Shown here: positions 10,414 through 19,927 of the stretch, piece after piece
Layout of the letters: every line of letters starts with the position of its first letter
How positions within the stretch are numbered: position 1 is the first letter of the stretch
Assembly: GCA_963770895.1 (NCBI GenBank)
Contig: CAVYRF010000001.1
Span: forward strand, 800,001 to 864,000
Direction of reading: 5' to 3'
Source of the DNA: an uncultured Acidobacteriota bacterium
Lineage (GTDB): Bacteria > Acidobacteriota > Thermoanaerobaculia > Multivoradales > UBA5704
DNA length: 64,000 nucleotides
Notes under the pieces: generated by a model
The model's input: the letters and a program-made list of their open reading frames with translations, nothing else
Database searches by the model: none
Told to the model about the DNA's origin: nothing
Position numbers and translations under genes: made by a program

Positions 10414-12558
10414 ATGGGTCGCTCCCGATTGGCTCGCCTGGTGCCGCTCGCGGTGGGTACCGCGCTTCTGGTGCTGCTGGCGATCCTCGGCACCCTGCAG
10501 TACCGCTGGATCGGGCAGGTCAGCATCCTGGAAAGCCAGCGCCTGCGCGCCGCCCTCTTCAGCGCCGGGGCGGCGTTCGCGGAAGACTTCGACCATGAGG
10601 TGACGCGAGCCTTCGTCTTGTTCCGGCCCCCGGCGCCGGCAGCTGAGGCGGCAGCGCCGATGGCGATGTCGGTGCCGGAGGTAGCGGCGGCGCCGGTGGC
10701 TCCAGCAGCGCAAGCGCTGGCGGCCGCCGGGCCGGATGCGCAGCTGGCGGCGCGGGTGGCCCGCCAGTACGCCGCCTGGCGGGCGGAAGCCCCGTTCCCG
10801 GAGCTGATTCGCGACATTTTCTACGTCGACGTCGATCCTGGCGCTGTCGGCGGCGCTGCCGGTGGCGCGGCGAACGCGCCCGCCCTGGCGATCCTCCAGG
10901 GCTCGCCGCCGCGCTTCGTGGCGGCGGCGTGGCCGCCGGAGCTGGCGGACTTGCGGCGCCGGCTGGGGCGGCTGGGGCAGCTGGGCGATCGCGGCGGCGA
11001 CGGCGGCGGGCGCGGCGGTGCCTTCCTGCCGCCGGTCGCGCCCGACGTACCGGGCCTGCTGATCCCGGCCTGGTGGCGCGCTGCCGGCGGCGCGGTCGAT
11101 GCGGGCGGCCGCCGGCCGGCGCCGCTGCCAGGCGGCTACCTCATCGTGCGGTTCGACGCCGCGGCCATCTCGTCGGAGATCCTGCCGGAGCTGACCCGCC
11201 GGCACTTTGGCAGCCTCAAGGGCCTCCACGATGCGGTCGCCGTCGTCGAGAACACCGAGAGCGCCGGGAGCGCCGAGAACGCCGAGCGCGTTGCAGGCGT
11301 TGCAAGCGGCGCGAGCGTCCCGGGCAGCGACGCGAACGTTTCCGGCGCCGCGGGCGCACACCCGCGGCCCCACGTGGTATTTCTGTCCGACGCGACCCTC
11401 CCGGCTGACGACGTCCGCGCCGGCGACCTGGCGCTGCCGATGTTCGCCGTGCGCCACGTTACCGACCATGGCACCGCCGCCGCGGTGGCGGAGTCCGGCG
11501 TGCCTCCGAGGCACCAACCCCCTCCCGCGGCAGCCGATGCGCTCCACGGCACGCCGCCGGTTGCAGCCCACCATGGCGAGCGGCACCGCGACCCGGGAGC
11601 TGGCCACATGCGGGCCGACGGCATGGACCAGCTCTTCGGGGGGCCGCAAGGGCCGCCGGGGCAAGGGCAGGGGCCGCAAGGACAGCGGGGGCCGCGGGGG
11701 GCCTGGACCCTGGTGGTGCGGCGGCGCGGCGGGTCGCTCGACGAAATGGTGGCGGCATTCCGCCGGCGCAACCTGGCGATCGGCGCCGGGATCGTGGCGC
11801 TGGCGGCGGTGACCACGGCGTTGATGACGATCGCCACGCAGCGCGCCCAGCGCCTGGCGCGCCAGCAGATGGAGTTCGTGGCCGCGGTGACGCACGAGCT
11901 GAACACGCCGCTGACGGCGATCCGCTCGGCGGGGCAGAACCTGGCGGACGGGGTGGTGGCCGAGCCGGCGCAGGTGCGGCGCTACGGCGACCTGATCCTG
12001 GGCGAAGGGCGGCGGCTCTCGCGGCTGGTGTCGCAGGTGCTCGACTACGCCGGCATCGAGTCGGGGCGCCAGGCGTACGCCCTGCAACCGACGGCGGTGG
12101 GGGAGGCGGTGGCCGGCGCGCTGGAGGACTGCCGGGCGCTTCTCGCCGAGCGGCGGGCGCGGGTCGAAAGCGATCTTGACCCGCGGCTGCCGGCGGTCGT
12201 GGCGGACCCGGCGGCGTTGCGCCGGGCGCTGCGCAACCTGGTCGAAAACGCCGCCAAGTACGGCGGCCCGGACCCCTGGATCGGCATCCTGGCGCGGCAC
12301 GCGGGCGGCGAGGTGGCGATCACGGTCGAAGACCACGGCCCCGGCATCCGCCGCGAGGACCTGCCGCACCTGTTCGAGCCGTTCTTCCGCAGCCGCCAGG
12401 CGGGCGCCGACACGCCGCCCGGCAGCGGCCTGGGCCTTAGCGTGGTCAGCCGCATCGCGCGGGCGCACCGCGGGCGGGTGACCTGCGCCAGCGGCGGCGG
12501 GCGGCGCGGCAGCGCCTTCACCCTGCACCTGCCGGCGGCGGTGGAGAAGCCGACGTGA
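10414..12558 (+). CDS. Membrane sensor histidine kinase
   Basis: Two TM segments; FVAAVTHELNTPL, NLVENAAKY, DHGPGI, GSGLGL; low-complexity inserts in the sensor region. Confidence 0.92.
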   Translation: MGRSRLARLVPLAVGTALLVLLAILGTLQYRWIGQVSILESQRLRAALFSAGAAFAEDFDHEVTRAFVLFRPPAPAAEAAAPMAMSVPEVAAAPVAPAAQALAAAGPDAQLAARVARQYAAWRAEAPFPELIRDIFYVDVDPGAVGGAAGGAANAPALAILQGSPPRFVAAAWPPELADLRRRLGRLGQLGDRGGDGGGRGGAFLPPVAPDVPGLLIPAWWRAAGGAVDAGGRRPAPLPGGYLIVRFDAAAISSEILPELTRRHFGSLKGLHDAVAVVENTESAGSAENAERVAGVASGASVPGSDANVSGAAGAHPRPHVVFLSDATLPADDVRAGDLALPMFAVRHVTDHGTAAAVAESGVPPRHQPPPAAADALHGTPPVAAHHGERHRDPGAGHMRADGMDQLFGGPQGPPGQGQGPQGQRGPRGAWTLVVRRRGGSLDEMVAAFRRRNLAIGAGIVALAAVTTALMTIATQRAQRLARQQMEFVAAVTHELNTPLTAIRSAGQNLADGVVAEPAQVRRYGDLILGEGRRLSRLVSQVLDYAGIESGRQAYALQPTAVGEAVAGALEDCRALLAERRARVESDLDPRLPAVVADPAALRRALRNLVENAAKYGGPDPWIGILARHAGGEVAITVEDHGPGIRREDLPHLFEPFFRSRQAGADTPPGSGLGLSVVSRIARAHRGRVTCASGGGRRGSAFTLHLPAAVEKPT

Positions 12559-13271
12559 GCGAGCACCCCGCCGCCGCCGCGGCGCCGGTGCGCCGCATCC
12601 TGCTGGTCGAGGACGAAGCGAGCCTGGTGCTCACCCTGGCCGACCGGCTGCTCGCTGAAGGGTACGCGGTCGATACGGCGCGCGACGGTCGAGCGGGCGT
12701 CGCGGCGGCGCTCGCCAACTCCTACGACCTGGTGCTGCTCGACGTGATGCTGCCCGGACAGGACGGCTTCTCGGTCTGCCGCGAGCTGCGCCAGCGCGGC
12801 TTCGAGATCCCCATCGTCATGCTGACCGCGCGCGGCCAGGTGGTCGATCGCGTGGTGGGGCTGCGGCTGGGCGCCGACGACTACGTGACCAAGCCGTTCG
12901 AGATGATGGAGCTGCTGGCGCGCATCGAAGCCCTGCTGCGGCGCTCGCGCACCTTTGGCGCGGCGGCGGCCGGGACCTATGCTTTCGGCGAGGTGCGGGT
13001 GGACTTCCGCCGCGGCGAGGTGTTCCGCGCCGATCGGCCGGTGCCGCTGTCGGCCCTGGAGTTCAAGCTGCTGGCCTATTTTGTCCAGCACCGCGGCGAG
13101 CTGCTGTCGCGCCAGGAGCTGCTGGACAAGGTCTGGGGCTACCAGGCGACGCCCACCACGCGCACCGTGGACGTGCACGTCGGGTCGCTGCGGCAGAAGC
13201 TGGAGCGCAATCCGCGCCGCCCCGAGCTCATCCTGACCGCGCACCGGCGGGGCTACCGCTTCGACGGCTGA
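12555..13271 (+). CDS. OmpR-family response regulator
   Basis: LLVEDE, LLDVMLP, GADDYVTKPF, RTVDVHV..LRQKLE; GTGA overlap with the kinase. Confidence 0.95.
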   Translation: MSEHPAAAAAPVRRILLVEDEASLVLTLADRLLAEGYAVDTARDGRAGVAAALANSYDLVLLDVMLPGQDGFSVCRELRQRGFEIPIVMLTARGQVVDRVVGLRLGADDYVTKPFEMMELLARIEALLRRSRTFGAAAAGTYAFGEVRVDFRRGEVFRADRPVPLSALEFKLLAYFVQHRGELLSRQELLDKVWGYQATPTTRTVDVHVGSLRQKLERNPRRPELILTAHRRGYRFDG

Positions 13272-13417
13272 GGTCCGTCCCGTCCGGCCCCGTCGCCTTT
13301 ACATTTCTTGCAAATAAATTTCGGCGTCTTGCGGACGGCTCGCCGCCGCGTGCCATAGTCTCTGCGTGACGGGTCCGCCAAGGACCCGGTTTGAGCCTGA
13401 AAAAGGAGAAGACCCTC

Positions 13418-13888
13418 ATGCAGAAGAAAACCATCCGCACCTTCACGCTGGGCCTGGCGGCCGCGGCCTTGCTGGTCTCCGTCGCGTTTGCCCAGGGCCC
13501 CGGCCCCGGCGGCCACGGTCCCGGCGGTCACGGCAGCATGCTGGACCACCTGGTCACCGCCCTCAACCTGACCGCCGCGCAGAAGGTGACGGCGACCCAG
13601 CTGCACAGCGACATGGTCACCAAGTCGATGCCCCTCATGCAGCAGAGCCATCAGCAGTGGACCGAGCTCCACACGCTGCTCGAAGGCGCCAACCCGGATG
13701 CCACCGAGCTGGGCCAGAAGCTCATCGCCGCCCATGCCACGGAGACCCAGCTCAAAGCGCTGCACGACAACTTCGTCACCCAGCTGAGCGCCATCCTGAC
13801 CGCCGACCAGAAGGCCACGCTCACCCAGATGGAGCAGAAGCACCAGCAGATGAACGCCGACGGCCCGCACGGCCCCGCCGGAATGTAG
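13418..13888 (+). CDS. Spy/CpxP-family periplasmic protein
   Basis: Signal peptide, His/Gly-rich linker, LNLTAAQK and ILTADQK (LTxxQ) motifs; AAGGAG RBS. Confidence 0.85.
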   Translation: MQKKTIRTFTLGLAAAALLVSVAFAQGPGPGGHGPGGHGSMLDHLVTALNLTAAQKVTATQLHSDMVTKSMPLMQQSHQQWTELHTLLEGANPDATELGQKLIAAHATETQLKALHDNFVTQLSAILTADQKATLTQMEQKHQQMNADGPHGPAGM

Positions 13889-14041
13889 CCCGCCGGCCGG
13901 CACCCCGCCGGCCGCCCGGATGGTCACGCCGCTCCGCCCGGCCGGGTTGCCATGCAGCGCATCCGCATGGCAGCTCACCGGGCGGAACGCTGTCTGCCCT
14001 GAGCCATGTCATGATCGCGGCAGGGCTCCCGCGGTCAAGCG

Positions 14042-14512
14042 ATGACGATGAAGATCTGGATCGATGCGGACGCGGCGCCGCGCGACGTCAAGGACGTGGT
14101 CTTCCGGGCCGCGTTGCGGCTCGGCATCGAGGCGGTGCTGGTGGCCAACCAGCCGCTGTCGCCGCCGCCGGGAAACGGCCGCGTCTCGGTGGTGCGCGTG
14201 GCGGGCGGGCCGGACGTGGCGGACCGCTACATCGCCGAGCATGCGGCGGCGGGCGACCTGGCGGTGACCGCGGACATCCCCCTGGCCGCCCGGCTGGTCG
14301 AAAAGCAGGTCATGGCGATCGATCCGCGCGGCGACGAATATTCGGCGGAGAACGTGGCCGACCGCCTGGCGTCGCGCGATCTGCTGGCAGGGCTGCGTGA
14401 CGCGGGGCTGCCGATCGGCGGGCCGCGCGCCTACGGAACGCGCGACCGGCAGGCGTTTGCCGCGACCCTGGACCGCCTGCTGACCCGCGCCAGGCGCGGC
14501 GGGGTGATATAA
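14042..14512 (+). CDS. YaiI/YqxD (UPF0178) family protein
   Basis: KIWIDADAAP, DVADRYI, VTADIPLA, IDPRG, GGP. Confidence 0.9.
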   Translation: MTMKIWIDADAAPRDVKDVVFRAALRLGIEAVLVANQPLSPPPGNGRVSVVRVAGGPDVADRYIAEHAAAGDLAVTADIPLAARLVEKQVMAIDPRGDEYSAENVADRLASRDLLAGLRDAGLPIGGPRAYGTRDRQAFAATLDRLLTRARRGGVI

Positions 14513-14519
14513 GCGGGCC

Positions 14520-16331
14520 ATGACGGAAACGCAACAGGACGCCGCTCCTGCCAACGCCTTCGCGGCTCTCGGCCTCAACCAGGGACTTGTCCAATCGCTG
14601 GCCGACGTCGGCTACGAAGCGCCCACGCCGATCCAATCGGCGGCGATCCCGCCGCTGCTGGCCGGCCGCGACCTGATCGGCCAGGCGCAGACGGGGACCG
14701 GCAAGACGGCGGCTTTCGGCCTGCCGATGCTGCAGGCCATCGATCCGGAGGCGGCGCACGTGCAGGGCCTGGTGCTGGTGCCGACGCGCGAGCTGGCAAT
14801 CCAGGTGGCCGAAGCGCTGCACACCTACGGCAGGCATCTCAAGGGAGTGGTGGTGCTGCCGGTCTACGGCGGGCAATCGCTCGACGAGCAGCAGCGGCGC
14901 CTGCAGCGCAAGGTGCACATCGTCGTCGGCACGCCGGGGCGCGTCATGGACCATCTGCGGCGCGGCGCCCTGCGCCTGGGCCAGCTGCGCATGGCGGTGC
15001 TCGACGAAGCCGACGAGATGCTGCGCATGGGCTTCCTGGAGGACGTGGAATGGATCCTGGCGCAGACGCCGCCCTCTTCGGCCGGCCGCCAGACGGCGCT
15101 CTTTTCGGCCACCATGCCGCCCGAGGTGCGGCGCATCGCGCAGAGTCACCTGACCGACCCCCTGCAGATCGCGCTCGAATCGAAGGCGCTCACCGTGCCC
15201 GCGGTGGAGCAGAAGTACCTGCTGGTGTCGCAGCAGCAGAAGTTCGACAGCCTGACCCACCTGCTCGAAACCGAATCGATCGAAGCGGTGCTGGTCTTCA
15301 CCCGCACCAAGACCGCGGCGGCGCAGGTGGCCGAACGCCTGGAGGCGCGCGGCTACTCGGTGGCCGCCCTGCACGGCGACATGACCCAGCCGCTGCGCGA
15401 GCGGGTGCTGGAGCGGCTGCACAAGGGCACCGTCGAAATCGTCGTCGCCACCGACGTCGCCGCCCGCGGCCTGGACGTGGAACGGATCACCCACGTCATC
15501 AACTACGACGTTCCCAACGACGTGGACGCCTACGTCCATCGCATCGGCCGCACCGCCCGCGGCGGCCGCAGCGGCACCGCCGTCCTCTTCGTCACCCCGC
15601 GCGAGCGCCGCATGCTGCACGAGATCGAGCGCCACACCGGCATGGTCATCGCGCCGATGCGCATGCCCACCTCGGCCGACATCGCCGCCCGCCGCACCGA
15701 GCTGCTCAAGGAAGACCTCCGCAAGACCCTGGAGCAGGGCGACCTGGATCTCTATCTGGCCGTCGTCGAAGAGCTGGTGGAAGAGGGCTTCGACATCGCC
15801 GAAGTCGCCGCCGCCGCGGCAGCCCTCTCCCGCCGCGACCGGCCCCTGGCGCTGCCGCCGATGCCCGCCACGCCGCGCGACTTCGCGTCGGACGACGGCT
15901 ACCGCGGCGGCTCCGGTTCAGGCACCGGCGCCGGTGGCACCGCCACGGGCACCGGCATGGTGCGCCTGTTCTTCAACTCCGGATCGCAAAACGGCGTCCG
16001 CCCGGCCGACATCGTCGGCGCCATCGCCAACGAGGCCGGCGTCTCGGGCAAGGAGATCGGCGCCATCGACATCCACGAGCGCTTCTCGCTGGTCGAAGTG
16101 CCGCAGCGCCTGCACAAGAAAATCCTGGAGCGCATGGCCGGCGCGTCGCTGCGCGGGCGCACCCTGCAGATCCGCATCGCCGACACCGGTCCCGCCGCCC
16201 GCGCCACCCGTCCCCCGAGCGCCGCCCAAGGCGCCGACCGTTCCCACCGCGCGCAGCGTGCGACGCCGGCCGCCGGCCTGTCCGCTCACCGCCCGAAGAC
16301 GAAGGCGCCCAAACCGCCAAAGCCGCGGTGA
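14520..16331 (+). CDS. deaD: DEAD-box RNA helicase DeaD/CsdA with DbpA RNA-binding domain
   Basis: Q-motif, AQTGTGKT, PTRELA, DEAD, SAT, HRIGRTAR, C-terminal RPADIVGAIANEAG. Confidence 0.9.
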   Translation: MTETQQDAAPANAFAALGLNQGLVQSLADVGYEAPTPIQSAAIPPLLAGRDLIGQAQTGTGKTAAFGLPMLQAIDPEAAHVQGLVLVPTRELAIQVAEALHTYGRHLKGVVVLPVYGGQSLDEQQRRLQRKVHIVVGTPGRVMDHLRRGALRLGQLRMAVLDEADEMLRMGFLEDVEWILAQTPPSSAGRQTALFSATMPPEVRRIAQSHLTDPLQIALESKALTVPAVEQKYLLVSQQQKFDSLTHLLETESIEAVLVFTRTKTAAAQVAERLEARGYSVAALHGDMTQPLRERVLERLHKGTVEIVVATDVAARGLDVERITHVINYDVPNDVDAYVHRIGRTARGGRSGTAVLFVTPRERRMLHEIERHTGMVIAPMRMPTSADIAARRTELLKEDLRKTLEQGDLDLYLAVVEELVEEGFDIAEVAAAAAALSRRDRPLALPPMPATPRDFASDDGYRGGSGSGTGAGGTATGTGMVRLFFNSGSQNGVRPADIVGAIANEAGVSGKEIGAIDIHERFSLVEVPQRLHKKILERMAGASLRGRTLQIRIADTGPAARATRPPSAAQGADRSHRAQRATPAAGLSAHRPKTKAPKPPKPR

Positions 16332-16355
16332 TCGCACCTGGGTTTCATTCCTAAG

Positions 16356-16600
16356 TTGCCACTCTGCCGCGTCACCCTGCGAGGACGTAAATCCAGGGTC
16401 GCCGGCTATCCCGAGAACCCCAAGACCTTGGGTGAGCACCTCCGCCGGGCGCGCCTAGCTGGACCGGGGGCCTCTCGCAGCGGAAGGTGGCAGCGGCGAT
16501 CGGTTGCCACCACGCCTCGCTCCTCAATTGCGGCCGGAGAGAGCCCAAGCCGCGCCACCTCCCTGGCATCCTCCGCTTCCTGGGCTACGACCTGTGGCCC
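16356..16600 (+). pseudogene. Frameshifted XRE-family HTH regulator remnant
   Basis: YPENPKTLGEHLRRARL, then in another frame VAAAIGCHHASLLN..RREP...ILRFLGYD. Confidence 0.65.
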
Positions 16601-16788
16601 GGTCTATCCTTGCTCAGCCGCCCTGAGGAGTGCATGATGGGCTTGCCGTATGGAGGGAGGGTGGGGGGGGGGGAAGCACGAACCCTGCCTGCCTCGACCT
16701 AATCGGAGGTAAACCTGCCCGCCCCAGCAAGTACAATTGGTGGCGCGGTGGCCCAGGACAGCTGGGCGCTGGTCACGGAGGCAAAGCG

Positions 16789-17028
16789 ATGGAGCGTGCC
16801 GCATGGCAGCACAGGGTGGTGGCAGACCCCGCTGTGCACCATGGAGAACCGTGCATCCGCGGGACGCGGATTCCGGTGCGTATCGTTGTAGGCAGCCTTG
16901 CGGACGGCTACTCGGCCGATCAGATCATCGCTGAGTACCCTCAGCTGACGCGCGAAGACATCCAAAGCTCCCTGGCCTACGCAGCCGAGGTGCTGCACCA
17001 GGAGAGCATGGTCCCACTGGTTCAGTAG
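16789..17028 (+). CDS. DUF433 family antitoxin
   Basis: DPAVHHGEPCIRGTRIPV...IIAEYPQLTREDIQSSLAYA; GGAGG RBS. Confidence 0.92.
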   Translation: MERAAWQHRVVADPAVHHGEPCIRGTRIPVRIVVGSLADGYSADQIIAEYPQLTREDIQSSLAYAAEVLHQESMVPLVQ

Positions 17029-17037
17029 GCCCCTGGC

Positions 17038-17418
17038 GTGCGCATCAAGGTAGACGAGGACCTCCCGCGCGCCGTCACGGCGCTGCTCGTAACAGCCGGC
17101 TACGCGGACACGAAGTCGGTGACGGACCAGCGCATGGGTGGCTGGCCTGATACAACCCTGTGGGAAGCGGTGCAGAAGGAAAGCCGCTTTCTCGTCACTG
17201 CCGACAAAGGTTTCGCCGATGTGCGCTCGCACCCGCCCGGCGGGCACGCCGGAGTGCTGCTCCTGCGCCCCGATGCTGACGGCCTTCAGCCGCTGATCGA
17301 CCTTCTGCAGCGAGTTCTGGCTGCCGGAAATATCTCGACCCTCGAGGGCACGGTCAGCGTCGCGACTCCCAGAGGTGTGAGAACTCGTTGGCAAGCGCCA
17401 CCCGAGGGGAAGCGCTGA
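17038..17418 (+). CDS. DUF5615 PIN-like toxin
   Basis: MRIKVDEDLP...D..LW...LVTADKGF...HAGVLLLR. Confidence 0.9.
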   Translation: MRIKVDEDLPRAVTALLVTAGYADTKSVTDQRMGGWPDTTLWEAVQKESRFLVTADKGFADVRSHPPGGHAGVLLLRPDADGLQPLIDLLQRVLAAGNISTLEGTVSVATPRGVRTRWQAPPEGKR

Positions 17419-17583
17419 GCACCTGCGCCGGCCCAAGCGTCAATTACCCTTCATAAGTCATGCGCTTAGGGACCGAATCGCTCGACACGCTGGCCGCCTG
17501 GGAGCAAGGCGAGATGAGCCCGGAATATTCGCGGACCTGGTGGGTCTTCGAACGCTACCTGGCTTCGGTAGAAGGTGGGCCGG

Positions 17584-17803
17584 TCAGCCGTCGAGGAAGA
17601 ACGTGATCGGCTTCCCGTATAGCTTCGCGAACTCCTGAAGCTCGGTGGGGTCGATGCGCCGCTCGCCGGTCTCCACCTTGGAGACGAAGGACTGCGGCTT
17701 CTTGAAGTGCTTCGCGACCGCCTCCTGGGTGAGGCCGGCCGCTTCCCTGGCCTCCCGCAGCCGCTCGCGCATCCGCGTGTACTCGGGGGTGTGGATGCTT
17801 CAT
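17584..17803 (-). CDS. XRE-family HTH regulator; N-terminus appears frameshifted
   Basis: RLREAREAAGLTQEAVA...QSFVSKVETGERRID; upstream SIHTPEYTR is in frame but the ATG at 17803 is not. Confidence 0.75.
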
Positions 17804-17842
17804 GGTAACGGGGGCCTTCCGCTTCTCGCCTCGCACCTCAGT

Positions 17843-18274
17843 TCAGGCTGGTGCCGGCGGCATAAAGGGATTGACGATCTCGATGCCGCATTCAAAGAAG
17901 TCGCGGACGTTGCGGGTGGCGATTGCGAAGCTATGCAAGCGGGCAATCGCCGCGATCTGGCCGTCAGGTACACCGAGAGGCCGGCCGATTTCCTTGCGCC
18001 GTGCCATCACCTCCCCATAGTGTGTAGCTGCGTGCTCGTCAAAGGCCAGAATGCGGCCTGCGAAGGCGTTCGCGATGATCTGATCAAAGCCTCGCTCGAT
18101 CGCGTGGCGCCGTTGCCCCTTGGGCGTGATGCGAAGGCCGTAGCGAATCTCGCCCACTGTGACAGCGGTCAGGAAGAGCGACGCCGAGTCCTGTGCGTTG
18201 AACCATGTGACGACGGCTGGCGCTGGAGACGGTTTCATGACCTCCGCCACGACGTTTGTATCGACGATGATCAT
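17843..18274 (-). CDS. vapC: VapC/FitB PIN-domain toxin
   Basis: MIIVDTNVVAE..., DGQIAAIA, ATRNVRDF. Confidence 0.92.
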   Translation of the reverse strand: MIIVDTNVVAEVMKPSPAPAVVTWFNAQDSASLFLTAVTVGEIRYGLRITPKGQRRHAIERGFDQIIANAFAGRILAFDEHAATHYGEVMARRKEIGRPLGVPDGQIAAIARLHSFAIATRNVRDFFECGIEIVNPFMPPAPA

Positions 18275-18291
18275 CGCCTGGGCGCGCGTGG

Positions 18292-18522
18292 CTACTCGAG
18301 CTCGGGTGGCTCATGCGGCTGGCGTGTAGGCAGGCTCAGCTCGAGGCCTCGAGCGGCGCCGAAGGTCTTCACGAAAAGATCTCCCAGCCGGCCCGGCGGT
18401 GCGACAGCCCTGGCGAGGATGCGTCGGGCTTCCTCTTCCATGGACACTCTGTCACGCGCGGCCCGCTCCTTGAGACGCTCATACGTCTGGTCGTCGAGTC
18501 TCCGAATGGTCAGGTTCGCCAT
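18292..18522 (-). CDS. FitA-like ribbon-helix-helix antitoxin
   Basis: MANLTIRRLDDQTYERLKERAA...SMEEEARRIL. Confidence 0.9.
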   Translation of the reverse strand: MANLTIRRLDDQTYERLKERAARDRVSMEEEARRILARAVAPPGRLGDLFVKTFGAARGLELSLPTRQPHEPPELE

Positions 18523-18544
18523 CTGCGAGCGCCTCCGATCACCA

Positions 18545-18562
18545 TGCTAGCACATGCTAGCA
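18545..18562. promoter_or_regulatory. Putative RHH antitoxin operator (two TGCTAGCA palindromes, 10-bp period)
   Basis: TGCTAGCA at 18545-18552 and 18555-18562, just upstream of the fitA-like start. Confidence 0.6.
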
Positions 18563-18733
18563 CAGTGACTGATCTTGATCCGCGGTGACCGCGGCGCCAC
18601 GACCGCCGGCCGGCCAGCCGGTGCGGCCGCCCCTTGCAACGTCCGCGCGACAATGCTAAATTAGTTCGTGCTGCAACTAAGCGTGCGCAGACTTTGCCTG
18701 CGCGCGTCCATTTCAACTTGGGAGGAGGATCTC

Positions 18734-19279
18734 ATGCGTCAACAGAAATATCGTCGTGGTGTGTCCGGAGCGGTCGTGCTGGCCGCGGTCGTCCTGTTGC
18801 TGGGCGCGGCAGCGCAAGCCAACGCCGGGCCGACCTGTAAGATCAACGCGGAGGGCGTGAGCGTCTGCTTCGGCGCCTATGCGCTGTGCGACAAGGCGGT
18901 CTGCAAGCAGCTGCCCGGCGGCAAGAAGGCGGAATGCACCTGCCCGGTGGACGACGGTCCGTCCTTTGCCAATCTCAGCCAGACCAACGGCACCTGCACG
19001 CCGAGCACCAAGGGCGGCGTCTATTCGTTTTTCTCGCTCAAGGGCTTTGGCTCCAGCGGCACGCTGACCTGCCCGAGCGGCTCGCACTGGGCCCAGTGCT
19101 GGAACGCCCCCTGCGAAATGCTCCCAGGCGGCAAGGAAGCCAAGTGCGTCTGCCCGCTCTGCACCAGCAGCTACGCGACACCGGGAGGCGACTGCAATCC
19201 TGCCAACTGCGGGACGGAAATCCTGATCGGCGCGCCGTTCCCGGTCAAGGGTACCAGCGGCATGTGCAAGGCAAAGTAG
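18734..19279 (+). CDS. Secreted Cys-rich protein (16 Cys) with internal duplication
   Basis: GGAGG RBS, signal peptide; YALCDKAVCKQLPGGKKAECTCP vs WAQCWNAPCEMLPGGKEAKCVCP. Confidence 0.8.
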   Translation: MRQQKYRRGVSGAVVLAAVVLLLGAAAQANAGPTCKINAEGVSVCFGAYALCDKAVCKQLPGGKKAECTCPVDDGPSFANLSQTNGTCTPSTKGGVYSFFSLKGFGSSGTLTCPSGSHWAQCWNAPCEMLPGGKEAKCVCPLCTSSYATPGGDCNPANCGTEILIGAPFPVKGTSGMCKAK

Positions 19280-19927
19280 CGCCAGTCCACGCCGCACCTG
19301 ACCGCCGGCCAGCTCGGCTGGCCGGCGGGCGCCCCCCGGGACGGGAAGATGGGGCGACCGCCATCGCGACCGGCGCTGTCGAGGGTGCTGTCCTGGGACA
19401 GCACGCTGCCGATTGACGGATTGCGAAATCCGCGTGGTTTGCGGTATAGGTTAACAATCCAAAAACGGCAGCGCGCCGGGCGCGATGGCACTGACCAACC
19501 TCTGCGCCAGGAGCACCAGAGCACCGCGATCGCCGGCCCGTTCCAGCCGCCGCCGGCCGCGACCGGTGATGCGCCTTCCCCCAAAGCCTGCCTCCGGACG
19601 ACAACCCCGTCCGTCGCGCCACACCCCCGGCGCCCGCCTCGCTCACCGCGAGCGCCCGCCCGGCCGTGCCGCGCCCCGAGCCGCCCCCCGGCGGCAAGGG
19701 GCTCGTTCTGGAGCCGCCGTAGCACTCGCAGCGTCCCCCGAGCGCCGGTCGAATTCCCCCCAGGCCAGGCCTCCTCCCGGAGTCGCCGCGGCGGCCGCGG
19801 CGGCCGGCGCCCCCGCGGTGCGCCGGAGGGCCAGCTCATCTTTGATATAGGCAATGCTGGTATATAGTATGACGACAGGGCTGATTTCGTAAGTACTGGT
19901 TGCACGCAAGGACCAGGGGAGGGTCGT

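Noticed and set aside
13298-13321. CpxR-like box upstream of the spy-like gene
   Set aside because: TTACA/TTGCA period is 9 rather than 10-11; only an AT-rich promoter region can be claimed
16640-16702. GCCGTATG...CGACCTAAT resembling a group II intron domain V/VI end
   Set aside because: A domain V stem cannot be formed, and no reverse transcriptase ORF is nearby
19280-19927. Possible riboswitch upstream of the choice-of-anchor P-like gene
   Set aside because: No match to c-di-GMP, SAM, cobalamin or TPP consensus by eye
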